64,000 nt of DNA from Candidatus Latescibacterota bacterium (GTDB lineage: Bacteria > Latescibacterota > UBA2968 > UBA8231), in contig OZ244561.1 of the NCBI GenBank assembly GCA_965217585.1, positions 352,001-416,000 on the forward strand, written 5' to 3'. Under the pieces are notes generated by a model. It did no database searches. It saw only the letters and a program-made list of their open reading frames with translations, and was not told the DNA's origin. The position numbers and the translations under genes were made by a program. This document shows, piece by piece, positions 35,694 to 44,060 of the stretch. Within the stretch, counting starts at the first letter, position 1. Each line of letters starts with the position of its first letter.

Positions 35694-36479
35694 TCACCCG
35701 TGCTCGGCCGGGATCTGGCACAGCAATTCGCTCCAGGCCGCGCCCAGATCCATCACGTCCCCGCCGCAAATTACCAAGTCGCAGCCCGCGTCCATGGCGG
35801 CGGTAAGCAGCGGCCCCGGCAAGGTGAAAATGCCACTCAACTTGCCGGCGGCCCGCGCCTTGGCCAAGCACGAGAGCACGGCCTCGCGCAGACGGGGATC
35901 GCCCATCTGGCCGGTGCAGCCCATATCGACCGCTAGGTCCCCTGGGCCCATGAAGATCCCGGAGAGGCCCTCCACGGCGAGTATCGCATCGATATTCGCC
36001 ACGGCCTCCACGGTCTCAATCTGGACAAAGAGGTGGGTGCGCGCATTGGCGCGGGCTAGGGCGTCGTGCAGGTTTTCCAGCCCAAAACCCATGCCACGCG
36101 TGCGCACGTTGAAGCCGCGCCGACCCAACGGCGGGTACTTGCCCACCTCGACGATGCGGTGCGCATACTCCGCATCGTCCACCATGGGGACGAGAATGAT
36201 CCGCGCCCCAATTTCGAGCGCCCGCAGCACGTGGTGGCGCTCGCCATCGGGCAAGCGAATGAGGGGGAAAATGCCACCGGCCTCCGCGGCCAAGCACAGG
36301 GTCTCGGCCCGCTCAAAGCCAACCGGGCCGTGTTCGCTTTCGATCCACACCGCTTCAAAACCGACCTGCGCCGCCAGCGAGACGAGCAGGGGCGAGGCGC
36401 TGTTGACGGTGACGCCGCGGATCCGGCGCGGACGACCGGCCTGATCTAAGAATACATCATCGGTGATTTTTAAGGTCAT
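35694..36479 (-). CDS. HpcH/HpaI class II pyruvate aldolase
   Basis: IESEHG, LIRLP, LVPMV, YPPLGRRG, VQIET, GPGDL. Confidence 0.92.
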   Translation of the reverse strand: MTLKITDDVFLDQAGRPRRIRGVTVNSASPLLVSLAAQVGFEAVWIESEHGPVGFERAETLCLAAEAGGIFPLIRLPDGERHHVLRALEIGARIILVPMVDDAEYAHRIVEVGKYPPLGRRGFNVRTRGMGFGLENLHDALARANARTHLFVQIETVEAVANIDAILAVEGLSGIFMGPGDLAVDMGCTGQMGDPRLREAVLSCLAKARAAGKLSGIFTLPGPLLTAAMDAGCDLVICGGDVMDLGAAWSELLCQIPAEHG

Positions 36480-36616
36480 GGGTGCCGTTTCTCTTGCTTG
36501 AAGTCGCTCTAATGTAGCCTTATTTTCCCCGCGTCCCAACCCTCCACCGCAGAGGCCCAAGTCCCCTCATCCCGCCTCTGCGCTCATCTGCGCTCATCTG
36601 CGGATACTTTTGCCAC

Positions 36617-36640
36617 CGGGGACTTTCAGACAGCTTCCAA
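36617..36640. repeat. Inverted-repeat arm left of the hypothetical gene (pairs with 37355-37378)
   Basis: CTTTCAGACAGCTTCCAA versus the reverse complement of the right arm, TTTCCAGACAGCTTCTAA. Confidence 0.6.
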
Positions 36641-36653
36641 AGGAGGCCCTATC

Positions 36654-37358
36654 GTGATACCACTAGACTACGGACGCTCATTTCTAATCGGCAACGGCCC
36701 CGGCAACGAAGTGCGGTTCTGGGTCGAGTCGCGGACGCGCATCATCGACGAAACCTCCGGCCAGAGCGAGGACTACGTACAGGTGGGGTCGTGCAAGAGC
36801 GAACACACCTTTGCCAAAGAAAACCTCCTGCACGAGGACAACTACGACTTCCTGCCGGTCTTTGGCCCGGAGTGGTCGGTCGTCTATCGGCGTCACGCTT
36901 ACCTGCACGACGGCTATCGGGAGATCCGCCGCTCAGAGGAGTGGTGGAACGGGCAGCAGTACCGCCTGATTGTCGGGAGCGATGTGGAGGAACTGGCCAG
37001 CGATGCGGCGGTGCGCGAGGCGACCTACGAATCGGTGCCAATCGTGGCGCAGACCCAAGTGCGGAACGAAGAAACCGGGTTGCAGGCGATCATGGAATAC
37101 CCGGTCAAGACCATGAACACCAATCGCGCCAACGATATCTACCAAGTTGACACCGGCCCGGTGGCCTTCCCGGACCTGAGCCAGCGCCATGCCCGCCACG
37201 TCGATGCCCTATCCCTGGCCTTTGTCGTCTTCAATGCGCCGCACTTTGCCGACTTCGTCCTCGAAGCGCCGACCCGCGTAGGCGACGAGCAGGTATATCA
37301 CTATTCCAAGGTGGTGTCCCTAGCGGCAGTAAACAGGCTCTACGCAGTACGCGCTTAG
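36654..37358 (+). CDS. Hypothetical protein
   Basis: AGGAGG RBS, GC-rich third codon positions, protein-like 234-aa sequence. No family recognised. Confidence 0.75.
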   Translation: MIPLDYGRSFLIGNGPGNEVRFWVESRTRIIDETSGQSEDYVQVGSCKSEHTFAKENLLHEDNYDFLPVFGPEWSVVYRRHAYLHDGYREIRRSEEWWNGQQYRLIVGSDVEELASDAAVREATYESVPIVAQTQVRNEETGLQAIMEYPVKTMNTNRANDIYQVDTGPVAFPDLSQRHARHVDALSLAFVVFNAPHFADFVLEAPTRVGDEQVYHYSKVVSLAAVNRLYAVRA

Positions 37359-37383
37359 AAGCTGTCTGGAAATTCCGGGCTTC

Positions 37384-38199
37384 TTACGCATAAGGCCAGA
37401 ACTGATTCCACGCAGTCAGCCAGTCTTCTGCGTGGCTTTCAACGGAGAGCGGCCCCGTTACCTCAACCCCGGGCCGCCCTTTGAATTCGGCGAGTTGATC
37501 GACGCTAGCGAGTTCGACGCGGATGGTCGTTGGCTGCTCAGGGACATAGGGCTTGGTCCGGGTCAGATCGGTGAGCGCGTTTTTAGCCGCGTCTTCAATC
37601 AACTGACGGGCGCGGACGGGCGGTAGCTGGCGCGCGCTAAACCGGCTGAGTCCCTTTTTAACGGCAACGGTTGGCAGCGATTCCCCGAGGAGTGCTCTGG
37701 CTTCTCGGCAGACGGCTTCATCGCCGGTGACGAGGGCAATCGGCACCCCGTAGTGCCCGTTGAGCGCGGCGTTGACGCCGGTTTCCCCGACGAGATCGTC
37801 GTTGAACCAGAGATTTCTATACTGGACGCTGGAGATGGTGTGGCACAGCACCCCGTCGGGGGTGCCGTCGCGGGCGTGCATGCCGATGAGCAGACAGGCG
37901 TCGCATCCTTGCTCCCAAAGCTCGTCGTAGCGCCCCCACCCATGATGGGCAACCCATTCGCAATCGGGATCAATTTTGTCGGGGATGAGCGAATTAAAGC
38001 TCCATCCTTTGCCCGCACCGTGACAATCGACGACGACAATTTCCGTCGCGCCAGCGGCTTTGGCCCCGCGCACCGCGGCGTTGATTTCTTCCGTGTAGAG
38101 CTGCCGGCCCTCTTCAAACATCGCCGCACCGCCGCTGACCTGCTCCCACACCACAATGCCGCTTACGCCTTCCATATCGGACATGATCAGCACGCGCAT
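37384..38199 (-). CDS. M55 D-aminopeptidase (DppA family)
   Basis: SDMEG, DCHG, IGMHAR, GVLCHT, GETG, VTGD, VAVK.G.SR. Confidence 0.93.
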   Translation of the reverse strand: MRVLIMSDMEGVSGIVVWEQVSGGAAMFEEGRQLYTEEINAAVRGAKAAGATEIVVVDCHGAGKGWSFNSLIPDKIDPDCEWVAHHGWGRYDELWEQGCDACLLIGMHARDGTPDGVLCHTISSVQYRNLWFNDDLVGETGVNAALNGHYGVPIALVTGDEAVCREARALLGESLPTVAVKKGLSRFSARQLPPVRARQLIEDAAKNALTDLTRTKPYVPEQPTTIRVELASVDQLAEFKGRPGVEVTGPLSVESHAEDWLTAWNQFWPYA

Positions 38200-38455
38200 T
38201 ATCTCGTTCTCCTCGAATCGTTTAGACGTGGATTTCAATGATGCAACCGTCGGCGTATAAGATAGGGCTGAAACCGAAACGTCATAGCCTTTATTCGCCA
38301 TCAACGAAGCGAGTAGTGGGTCCAGTTGAATTGCACGAATCCATATAGTGTGGAAGGAAGTTTGGATAAAAATCGGGTTTGCTTATTTGGAGTTACACGT
38401 ATATCTATGAGCAACGAGTTAGCAACGCTTGCAGGGCGTAAAATTATCAAAGCCG

Positions 38456-38971
38456 CTAGATTCCCCCATCTTCGCGCAACGCCCTCATTGACTCATCAAG
38501 AGTAGCAACAATAAAACCCCATATCCCCAACCGCTCCCTGTCTGGTCGGCTTCTTGCGCCGAGTTTCTCGGCCACCAGAGCGTCCATCGTTTCTTCTGCG
38601 CCGAGTGCTTCCAACCCATCCGATACTTCCAACCCACCCGATACTTCCAACCCACCCGATACTTCCAACCCACCCGATACTCCCAATCCACCCGATACTC
38701 CCAATCCACCCGATACTCCCAACCCACCCGATACTCCCAATCCACCCGAGCCGGTACTAACAGGCGTGCGCTTTGAGTTCTTTGGCTCGGCGGAGGGCCG
38801 CGACGGCTTCGTGCTGTTGGCACCGGAACCAGCGGATGCTCGACTCAGTGGGTCGTTCAACACCAATCCGCCTGGAGCACCCATACACTTCGATATTGAT
38901 CTTGCCAAAATTACGTATTTCCCTATGGTCTTAGTTTGACATTTTTGCGCCGTTGGATGCGCAAAAGCCAC
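38456..38971 (-). CDS. Possible repeat-containing hypothetical protein or remnant
   Basis: The only long ORF with a start codon across the VNTR. No RBS or family recognised. Confidence 0.25.
   Translation of the reverse strand: MAFAHPTAQKCQTKTIGKYVILARSISKCMGAPGGLVLNDPLSRASAGSGANSTKPSRPSAEPKNSKRTPVSTGSGGLGVSGGLGVSGGLGVSGGLGVSGGLEVSGGLEVSGGLEVSDGLEALGAEETMDALVAEKLGARSRPDRERLGIWGFIVATLDESMRALREDGGI
38611..38749. repeat. 18-bp tandem repeat (VNTR), 7 full copies and 1 partial
   Basis: Unit CCAA(C/T)CCACCCGATACT(T/C). Reads as GGL(G/E)VS on the minus strand or (S/P)NPPDT on the plus strand. Confidence 0.95.
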
Positions 38972-38986
38972 TTATCAGGAGAACCC

Positions 38987-39510
38987 ATGAATTTGCAACC
39001 CTTTTTTCGGGCGTCGTTGGCCGCAGTGCTGCTGGCGACGCTACCTGTCTGGGCCCAACAGGGCACCATCCAAGGCACGGTGACCGATGTCCTCAAGGCG
39101 CTCGACATAGCAGCGCGGCAAGCGGCCCAGCAGGGCATCATCCGCGGCACGGTGACCGATGGCGAAGACGCCCTGCCGCGCACCAAGGTCAGTGTGTCGG
39201 CGCGCTACTCCCAAGACGAATTTAGCGTCTAGTCCGGGCCACCAACTACGGGTCGGTCGAGTACAAGCCCAACAACCCAGACCACGAAGAGACCTTCTCG
39301 GCCAAGACTTTGCTAGATGTAGATGTGTCTTACCAAGTATTATCGGGCCTACGTCTGTCGGTGGGAGCCAACAATCTGTTGAATACCTTCCCCGACGAGC
39401 ATGAAAAAGCATCCAACATCACGTCGCGCGGTTTTGTGTACAGCCGGCGGGTGATGCAGTTCGACACCAACGGCGGGTTCTACTACGGGCGCTTGAGTTT
39501 CGATCTGTAG
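38987..39510 (+). pseudogene. TonB-dependent receptor remnant with internal deletion and frameshift
   Basis: AGGAG RBS, signal peptide and QQGTI.GTVTD start, joined to a barrel C terminus (LLDVDVSYQ, LSVGANNLLNTFPD, GGFYYGRLSFDL). Stop and frameshift near 39230. Confidence 0.85.
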
Positions 39511-39554
39511 CCATACCCGACCTAGCATCGGCGACCGAGTCGCAAGGAGGCACC

Positions 39555-40541
39555 ATGTACAGAGTAGGAGTCATCGGCTGCAGGGGCATTGGCAATCGGC
39601 ACGCCCGAGGAGCCGAGAGTCTAGAAAACGCCGAGGTCGTGGCCGGTTGCGATCTCGTGCCGGAGCAACGCGACGAATTTGCAGCGCAATTCAAGGCGAC
39701 CAATCCCGAGCTGAAGATGTATGCCGATTATCGGGAGATGCTGGAAAAGGCACAGCTCGACATCGTCACGGTGGCCACCGGCGACAACCGGCACGCCGAC
39801 TTGGTGGTAGCCGCCGCCGAAGCTGGTGCCAAGGGGATTTTCTGCGAAAAACCGCTGGCCACCAGCGTGGAGGACGCCGACCGCATGGTGGCGGCCGCGG
39901 AACGCCACAACGCCTTGCTGTCCGTCGACCACACTCGCCACTGGTTTCCCGTCTGGCATCGCTGCCACGAACTAGCGGCCGCGGGCGAGATTGGCGACGT
40001 GAGAGCGGTCGTGTGCGAGCACTACGGCACGCGATCAATGCTGTTCCGCAACGGCACCCATCTGCTCGACGCCATCATGTGGTTCGCCGGCAGTAAACCA
40101 GCGTGGCTCGTCGCCGAGCTGGAGGATGGGTACGAAGACTACGGCGAGTATCGCGGCGACGGCGGACACGACCCAGCCACCGAGCCGAGCGCCAACGCCT
40201 ACATCCACTTCGCCAACGGTGTGCGCGGAGTCTACCTCGGAGAAAAACGGACCCCCAACCGACTCGACTTCACCGTGTCGGGCACCACGGGCACCATTTT
40301 CATAGAGAGAGAAGGCGATGCCTACCTCGAGAGGGACGGAGAGCGGGAGTTGGTCGAACCGCGCCCGTGGGAAGTTGAGGGAATCGAAGCGGGCGTGCAC
40401 GAACTCGTGCGTGCGCTCGACGGCGAAGATGAGCTGTCGTGTACCGGGCGAGATGGTCTGACCGTTGTGGAGATGATAATCGCTTGCCTGCAATCACAGC
40501 AGCAGAACAACGCAAAAGTCGCGCTGCCGCTGCCTCGGTAG
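39555..40541 (+). CDS. Gfo/Idh/MocA-family oxidoreductase
   Basis: GVIGCRGIG, IFCEKPLA, NGTHLLD. Confidence 0.93.
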   Translation: MYRVGVIGCRGIGNRHARGAESLENAEVVAGCDLVPEQRDEFAAQFKATNPELKMYADYREMLEKAQLDIVTVATGDNRHADLVVAAAEAGAKGIFCEKPLATSVEDADRMVAAAERHNALLSVDHTRHWFPVWHRCHELAAAGEIGDVRAVVCEHYGTRSMLFRNGTHLLDAIMWFAGSKPAWLVAELEDGYEDYGEYRGDGGHDPATEPSANAYIHFANGVRGVYLGEKRTPNRLDFTVSGTTGTIFIEREGDAYLERDGERELVEPRPWEVEGIEAGVHELVRALDGEDELSCTGRDGLTVVEMIIACLQSQQQNNAKVALPLPR

Positions 40542-40657
40542 GCGCTCGAGGGAGAGCGGTTTTCCGGAAGATATGGGAATAGTGCCGGAAGGACTAGCCG
40601 ATCCCATCGCACTAAACTGAACCGAACCGACACTCCACCCAACAACAGGAGTCGACC

Positions 40658-41578
40658 ATGGGAACTTGGATTCAACGCGCCCCCATGCCCACCCCCCGCC
40701 ACGACCTGCAGTCCATTGCCGTCAACGGCACCATCTACGCCATTTCCGGTGCCGACGATCTCACAGTCGATGTGGTCGAGATCTACGATGTGGCCAGCGA
40801 CACTTGGACCCAGGGACCGCCCATTCCCACCAAGCGGGGATGGCTGGGCGCCGCCCGCATCGGCCGCAGGATCTACGTGGCCGGCGGCAAAACCATCCGC
40901 ACGCCCGCAGAGAAAAAAGCCTACGGCCACGACTACCATTTTACTTCCCGCGACAACTTAGAGATGCTCGACTTGGATGCACAGACCTGGTCGGCCCTAG
41001 CGCCCATGCCCGGCGGACCCCGCGCCGGCCTGACCGTCACCGCCTGCCAGGGCCGAATATGGGCCATCGGCGGCAACACCATGCTCCGCGAAGACCCGCG
41101 CATCCTCGACCGCGTTGAAGTGTACGACGTCGCCACCGACACCTGGGCCCCGGGGCCGGCCCTACCCCGACCCACGCAAGGCCCCACCGTGGTAACTCAC
41201 GACGGGCTCATCTACCTGACCGGCGGCATCAGCGACGAATATCCGGAGCGGCCCTGCCGCAGCGAGACCTATGTGCTCGATCCAGCGGTGGGCCGCTGGG
41301 AAGCGCTGGCGCCGGTCCCTACCGGACGCGAATCGTCCGGCGCTTGCGTACTGGGCGATCTGCTCTACACCTTCGGCGGCAAAGATCCTCACTACTCAGC
41401 GGCCACCGAAATCTACGACATCCAAGCCGACCGCTGGTTCGTGGACGCGCCCATGCCGGTGGGCAAGGCCTGGCTGTCGGCCTGTGTGGTGGGCGAACGA
41501 CCGTTCGTCATGGGAGGAGCCCACTCGCTGGAAGTCGGGTACAAGTGGATCGACGACTTGCACGAGTTCGCGCCCTGA
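40658..41578 (+). CDS. Kelch-repeat beta-propeller protein
   Basis: About six repeats of IY..GG ... VE.YD...DTW...P(M/L)P..R. Confidence 0.92.
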   Translation: MGTWIQRAPMPTPRHDLQSIAVNGTIYAISGADDLTVDVVEIYDVASDTWTQGPPIPTKRGWLGAARIGRRIYVAGGKTIRTPAEKKAYGHDYHFTSRDNLEMLDLDAQTWSALAPMPGGPRAGLTVTACQGRIWAIGGNTMLREDPRILDRVEVYDVATDTWAPGPALPRPTQGPTVVTHDGLIYLTGGISDEYPERPCRSETYVLDPAVGRWEALAPVPTGRESSGACVLGDLLYTFGGKDPHYSAATEIYDIQADRWFVDAPMPVGKAWLSACVVGERPFVMGGAHSLEVGYKWIDDLHEFAP

Positions 41579-41655
41579 CCGTGGACCAGCGGTGAGTCCC
41601 ACAGGTCGCTCCTACGGGGCCCTGTCCCGATCGCGCCGCACCGAGGCGTCCTCGT

Positions 41656-43647
41656 ATGCGCACTTTCTTTTTTTTAGCCCTGATTACGCCCCTGCTGGTG
41701 CCGGGCTCTGGCTGGGGTCTGACCATCTATCGGATCGGTGGGTCCGATAGGGCCCCACCTCCAGAAGCAGAGCTAGCGGGAGTGGAATTCGTGTCGCTGA
41801 GCTGGGAGGAGGCGGCCCAGGGGTTCAACGGCAAGATGCAAGGACTGACGCTGGAGGAAGCGGGGATCGCGCCCGTGTTGGTCTCCCCGGATGACAACCT
41901 CGCCCTCACCGCCCCAGCTAGAGGAGGTGGCCCGGCCGGCTTTGCCATCAAACGCGGGCGGAACATCTACGGGGCGCTCGTGGCGGATAAATTGGTCGAC
42001 AAGATTGCCGACGGAGATCCAACCACTGCTTTTCGCCTCGTCGATGACGAGGGACTGGCGAGGTTCTCTTCCGCTGCACCCGGAACCTTCCTGCTCGATT
42101 TGGGATGGCGCTTTCCCATAAACAGGCTTCGCTTCTATCCCACGCCCCAGTATACGGGACGGAACGTCGAGGAGTTTGCCGTCCAGGTCGTAGAGGGCAG
42201 CTCCACCGGAGCCGTTGGATCGAGGACGGCCAACTGGCAAAAAATATTCCATTCTCTCTTCCCCGACGGCACCCGCAGCCAGAGGGTAACGGGTGCGCCG
42301 CGAGACGAGTGGACAATCGATGTAGTCGGCTCGGTGTCGCCCAATCGGCAGCAGGTCGTCGATTTTCTCTTTCCCACCCGCACTGTCGAGTATGTGGCGC
42401 TGACCGTTGCCGGGCAAGAAATGTGGGAAGTCGCCGAATTGGAAATCTACGGCGAGGGCTACGTGCCTCGGGCGTTCTACCAATCCCAAGTACTGGACTT
42501 GGGCGCGACCTCAACCTTGGGGACGCTCCGCTGGATCGGCTGCAAAGACGACGATGCCCACGTCGAAATCCGCACCCGTAGCGGCTCGGACCCGGATCCC
42601 GACCGCTACTGGCGCTTCACTGGCCGCGGCGACGAGCAGACCTTCCTCGATGATGAGGGCCAGCCCCTAACCCGCACCGCCTACCAAAGCCTGTCCTTCG
42701 GCCAAGGCCCCATCACCCCGGATCTGGACCACTGGAGCGACTGGTCGGGGGGCTACTCCTTCGCCGACAGCTTGGGGACCCCCATGACCTCGCCCGGACC
42801 GCAGCGCTTCGTGCAACTGCAGGTCGCTTTCGCCACCAAGGGCGGTCAGGCCGGGGGGCTCGAGCTAGTAGAGTTTCTCACCTCCCAGCCGCCGATAAGC
42901 GGTCCAGTGGTCGCCGAAGTCTGGCCGGTGGCAGTGGAGCCGGGCCAGATGACGAGCTTTGTCTATGCCTTGCGGCCGGAGCTGGGGCGAGAGACCAGCG
43001 GCTTCGATCAGCTAGTGCTGGAGACCTCGGGTCGGTTTGTCGGAGTGGATTCGGTGCGGATCAACCAAGAGCGGCAGGCTCTTGTGTTGGTGGAGCCGCT
43101 CCAGGACCAGCGACTGGTGGTGACCCTGCCGCGGCTGGGTCCGGCCGACAACCAGAAAGTGGTGGAACTGTTCTTTCGGGCCCAGAGTTTCCACTTTGGC
43201 ACCTGGTTCCACGGGGCGGTGTTCGACTCGGAGCGGCCCCTGGAGGTGGGGCAGCGGGTGGAGGCGGGCGATGCGCTTTTTCAGTTGGAGGGCAATCAGG
43301 TGTGGGTGGGCATCCAGCTAGGCGGTGGGCTGCTGCATCAAGTGGGGGTGGAGGCACCGGTACTCACGCCCAATGGGGACGGGGTCAACGACGTAGTGGC
43401 CGTCGAATACACCGTGCTGAAGTTGGCCCAGGCCGGGACGGTGGAGGTGACCGTTTTCGATATATCGGGGCGCCGGGTGCGGCAGCTCTACCGGGGCCGG
43501 GATCGCAGCGGCCGATATGGTCGGTTGTGGGATGGCCGAGGCGCGGACGGTCGGGTAGTAGGGCCGGGTTTGTATGTATATCGAGTGCGCGTTGCCGCCG
43601 ATCAGGGCTGGGAACAGCGCAGCGGCCTCATTCTCGTCGCGTATTAG
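41656..43647 (+). CDS. Secreted discoidin-like protein with FlgD/CHU_C-like C-terminal domain (subtype III)
   Basis: Signal peptide and WGLTIYRIG; LDLG.RFPINR, EIYGEGYVP, IRTRSGSDPDPDRYW, TPNGDGVND, WDGR. Confidence 0.82.
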   Translation: MRTFFFLALITPLLVPGSGWGLTIYRIGGSDRAPPPEAELAGVEFVSLSWEEAAQGFNGKMQGLTLEEAGIAPVLVSPDDNLALTAPARGGGPAGFAIKRGRNIYGALVADKLVDKIADGDPTTAFRLVDDEGLARFSSAAPGTFLLDLGWRFPINRLRFYPTPQYTGRNVEEFAVQVVEGSSTGAVGSRTANWQKIFHSLFPDGTRSQRVTGAPRDEWTIDVVGSVSPNRQQVVDFLFPTRTVEYVALTVAGQEMWEVAELEIYGEGYVPRAFYQSQVLDLGATSTLGTLRWIGCKDDDAHVEIRTRSGSDPDPDRYWRFTGRGDEQTFLDDEGQPLTRTAYQSLSFGQGPITPDLDHWSDWSGGYSFADSLGTPMTSPGPQRFVQLQVAFATKGGQAGGLELVEFLTSQPPISGPVVAEVWPVAVEPGQMTSFVYALRPELGRETSGFDQLVLETSGRFVGVDSVRINQERQALVLVEPLQDQRLVVTLPRLGPADNQKVVELFFRAQSFHFGTWFHGAVFDSERPLEVGQRVEAGDALFQLEGNQVWVGIQLGGGLLHQVGVEAPVLTPNGDGVNDVVAVEYTVLKLAQAGTVEVTVFDISGRRVRQLYRGRDRSGRYGRLWDGRGADGRVVGPGLYVYRVRVAADQGWEQRSGLILVAY

Positions 43648-43760
43648 CCGCTTGAGAAATTGGCCCGACCGACGCCAAAAACCCCGTTACCACTAGCTCC
43701 TCCGCGGGGTAGATGCTAATGGTGGGCAGACAGCGTCACAACCCTCTAGACATTATTTTA

Positions 43761-43789
43761 TTGATTTGCTGTTTGAATTTCCGTATAAA
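43761..43789 (+). promoter_or_regulatory. Sigma70-like promoter upstream of a long structured leader
   Basis: TTGATT, 17 nt, TATAAA. Confidence 0.5.
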
Positions 43790-43791
43790 AA

Positions 43792-43995
43792 CACACAGGG
43801 CTGCGACGACTGAGTTACTTGGATGAGTGAAACTCAAGGCTGTGTGGAAATTTCGCGAAGCCCGAAGTATAACTTACCAAATTGACGACTCTATTATTCC
43901 CAACGGGAAGCGCAGAGTCGTGGAAAGGAGGTAATGGGTAAAGAAGTTGCGAATTTAGCCTAAACCCCGCGGTCTGTTCAAACAGACTTCGGGGA
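43792..43995 (+). ncRNA. Candidate structured 5' leader or ncRNA
   Basis: Nested complementary segments: CACACAG/CTGTGTG, TGAGTT/AACTCA, ACGACTCT/AGAGTCGT, TTCCC/GGGAA, CCCCG/CGGGG, GTCTGTT/AACAGAC. Confidence 0.4.
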
Positions 43996-44060
43996 ATGGA
44001 TGAAAAGAGGTGGGGAGGTTGTTTGTGTTTCGCTATTCATCATTGAGAAAGGAAAAAACA

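Noticed and set aside
38611-38749. Possible CRISPR array
   Set aside because: Units are contiguous 18-mers with no unique spacers, and no cas genes are present.
40542-40657. Possible riboswitch upstream of the Kelch gene
   Set aside because: Only short stems, with no recognisable aptamer consensus.
43934-43963. Leader peptide MGKEVANLA, or a tmRNA or hammerhead identity for the 43.8-kb RNA
   Set aside because: The SD lies only about 2 nt from the ATG. There are no tRNA-like ends and no CUGANGA/GAAA core in the right arrangement.
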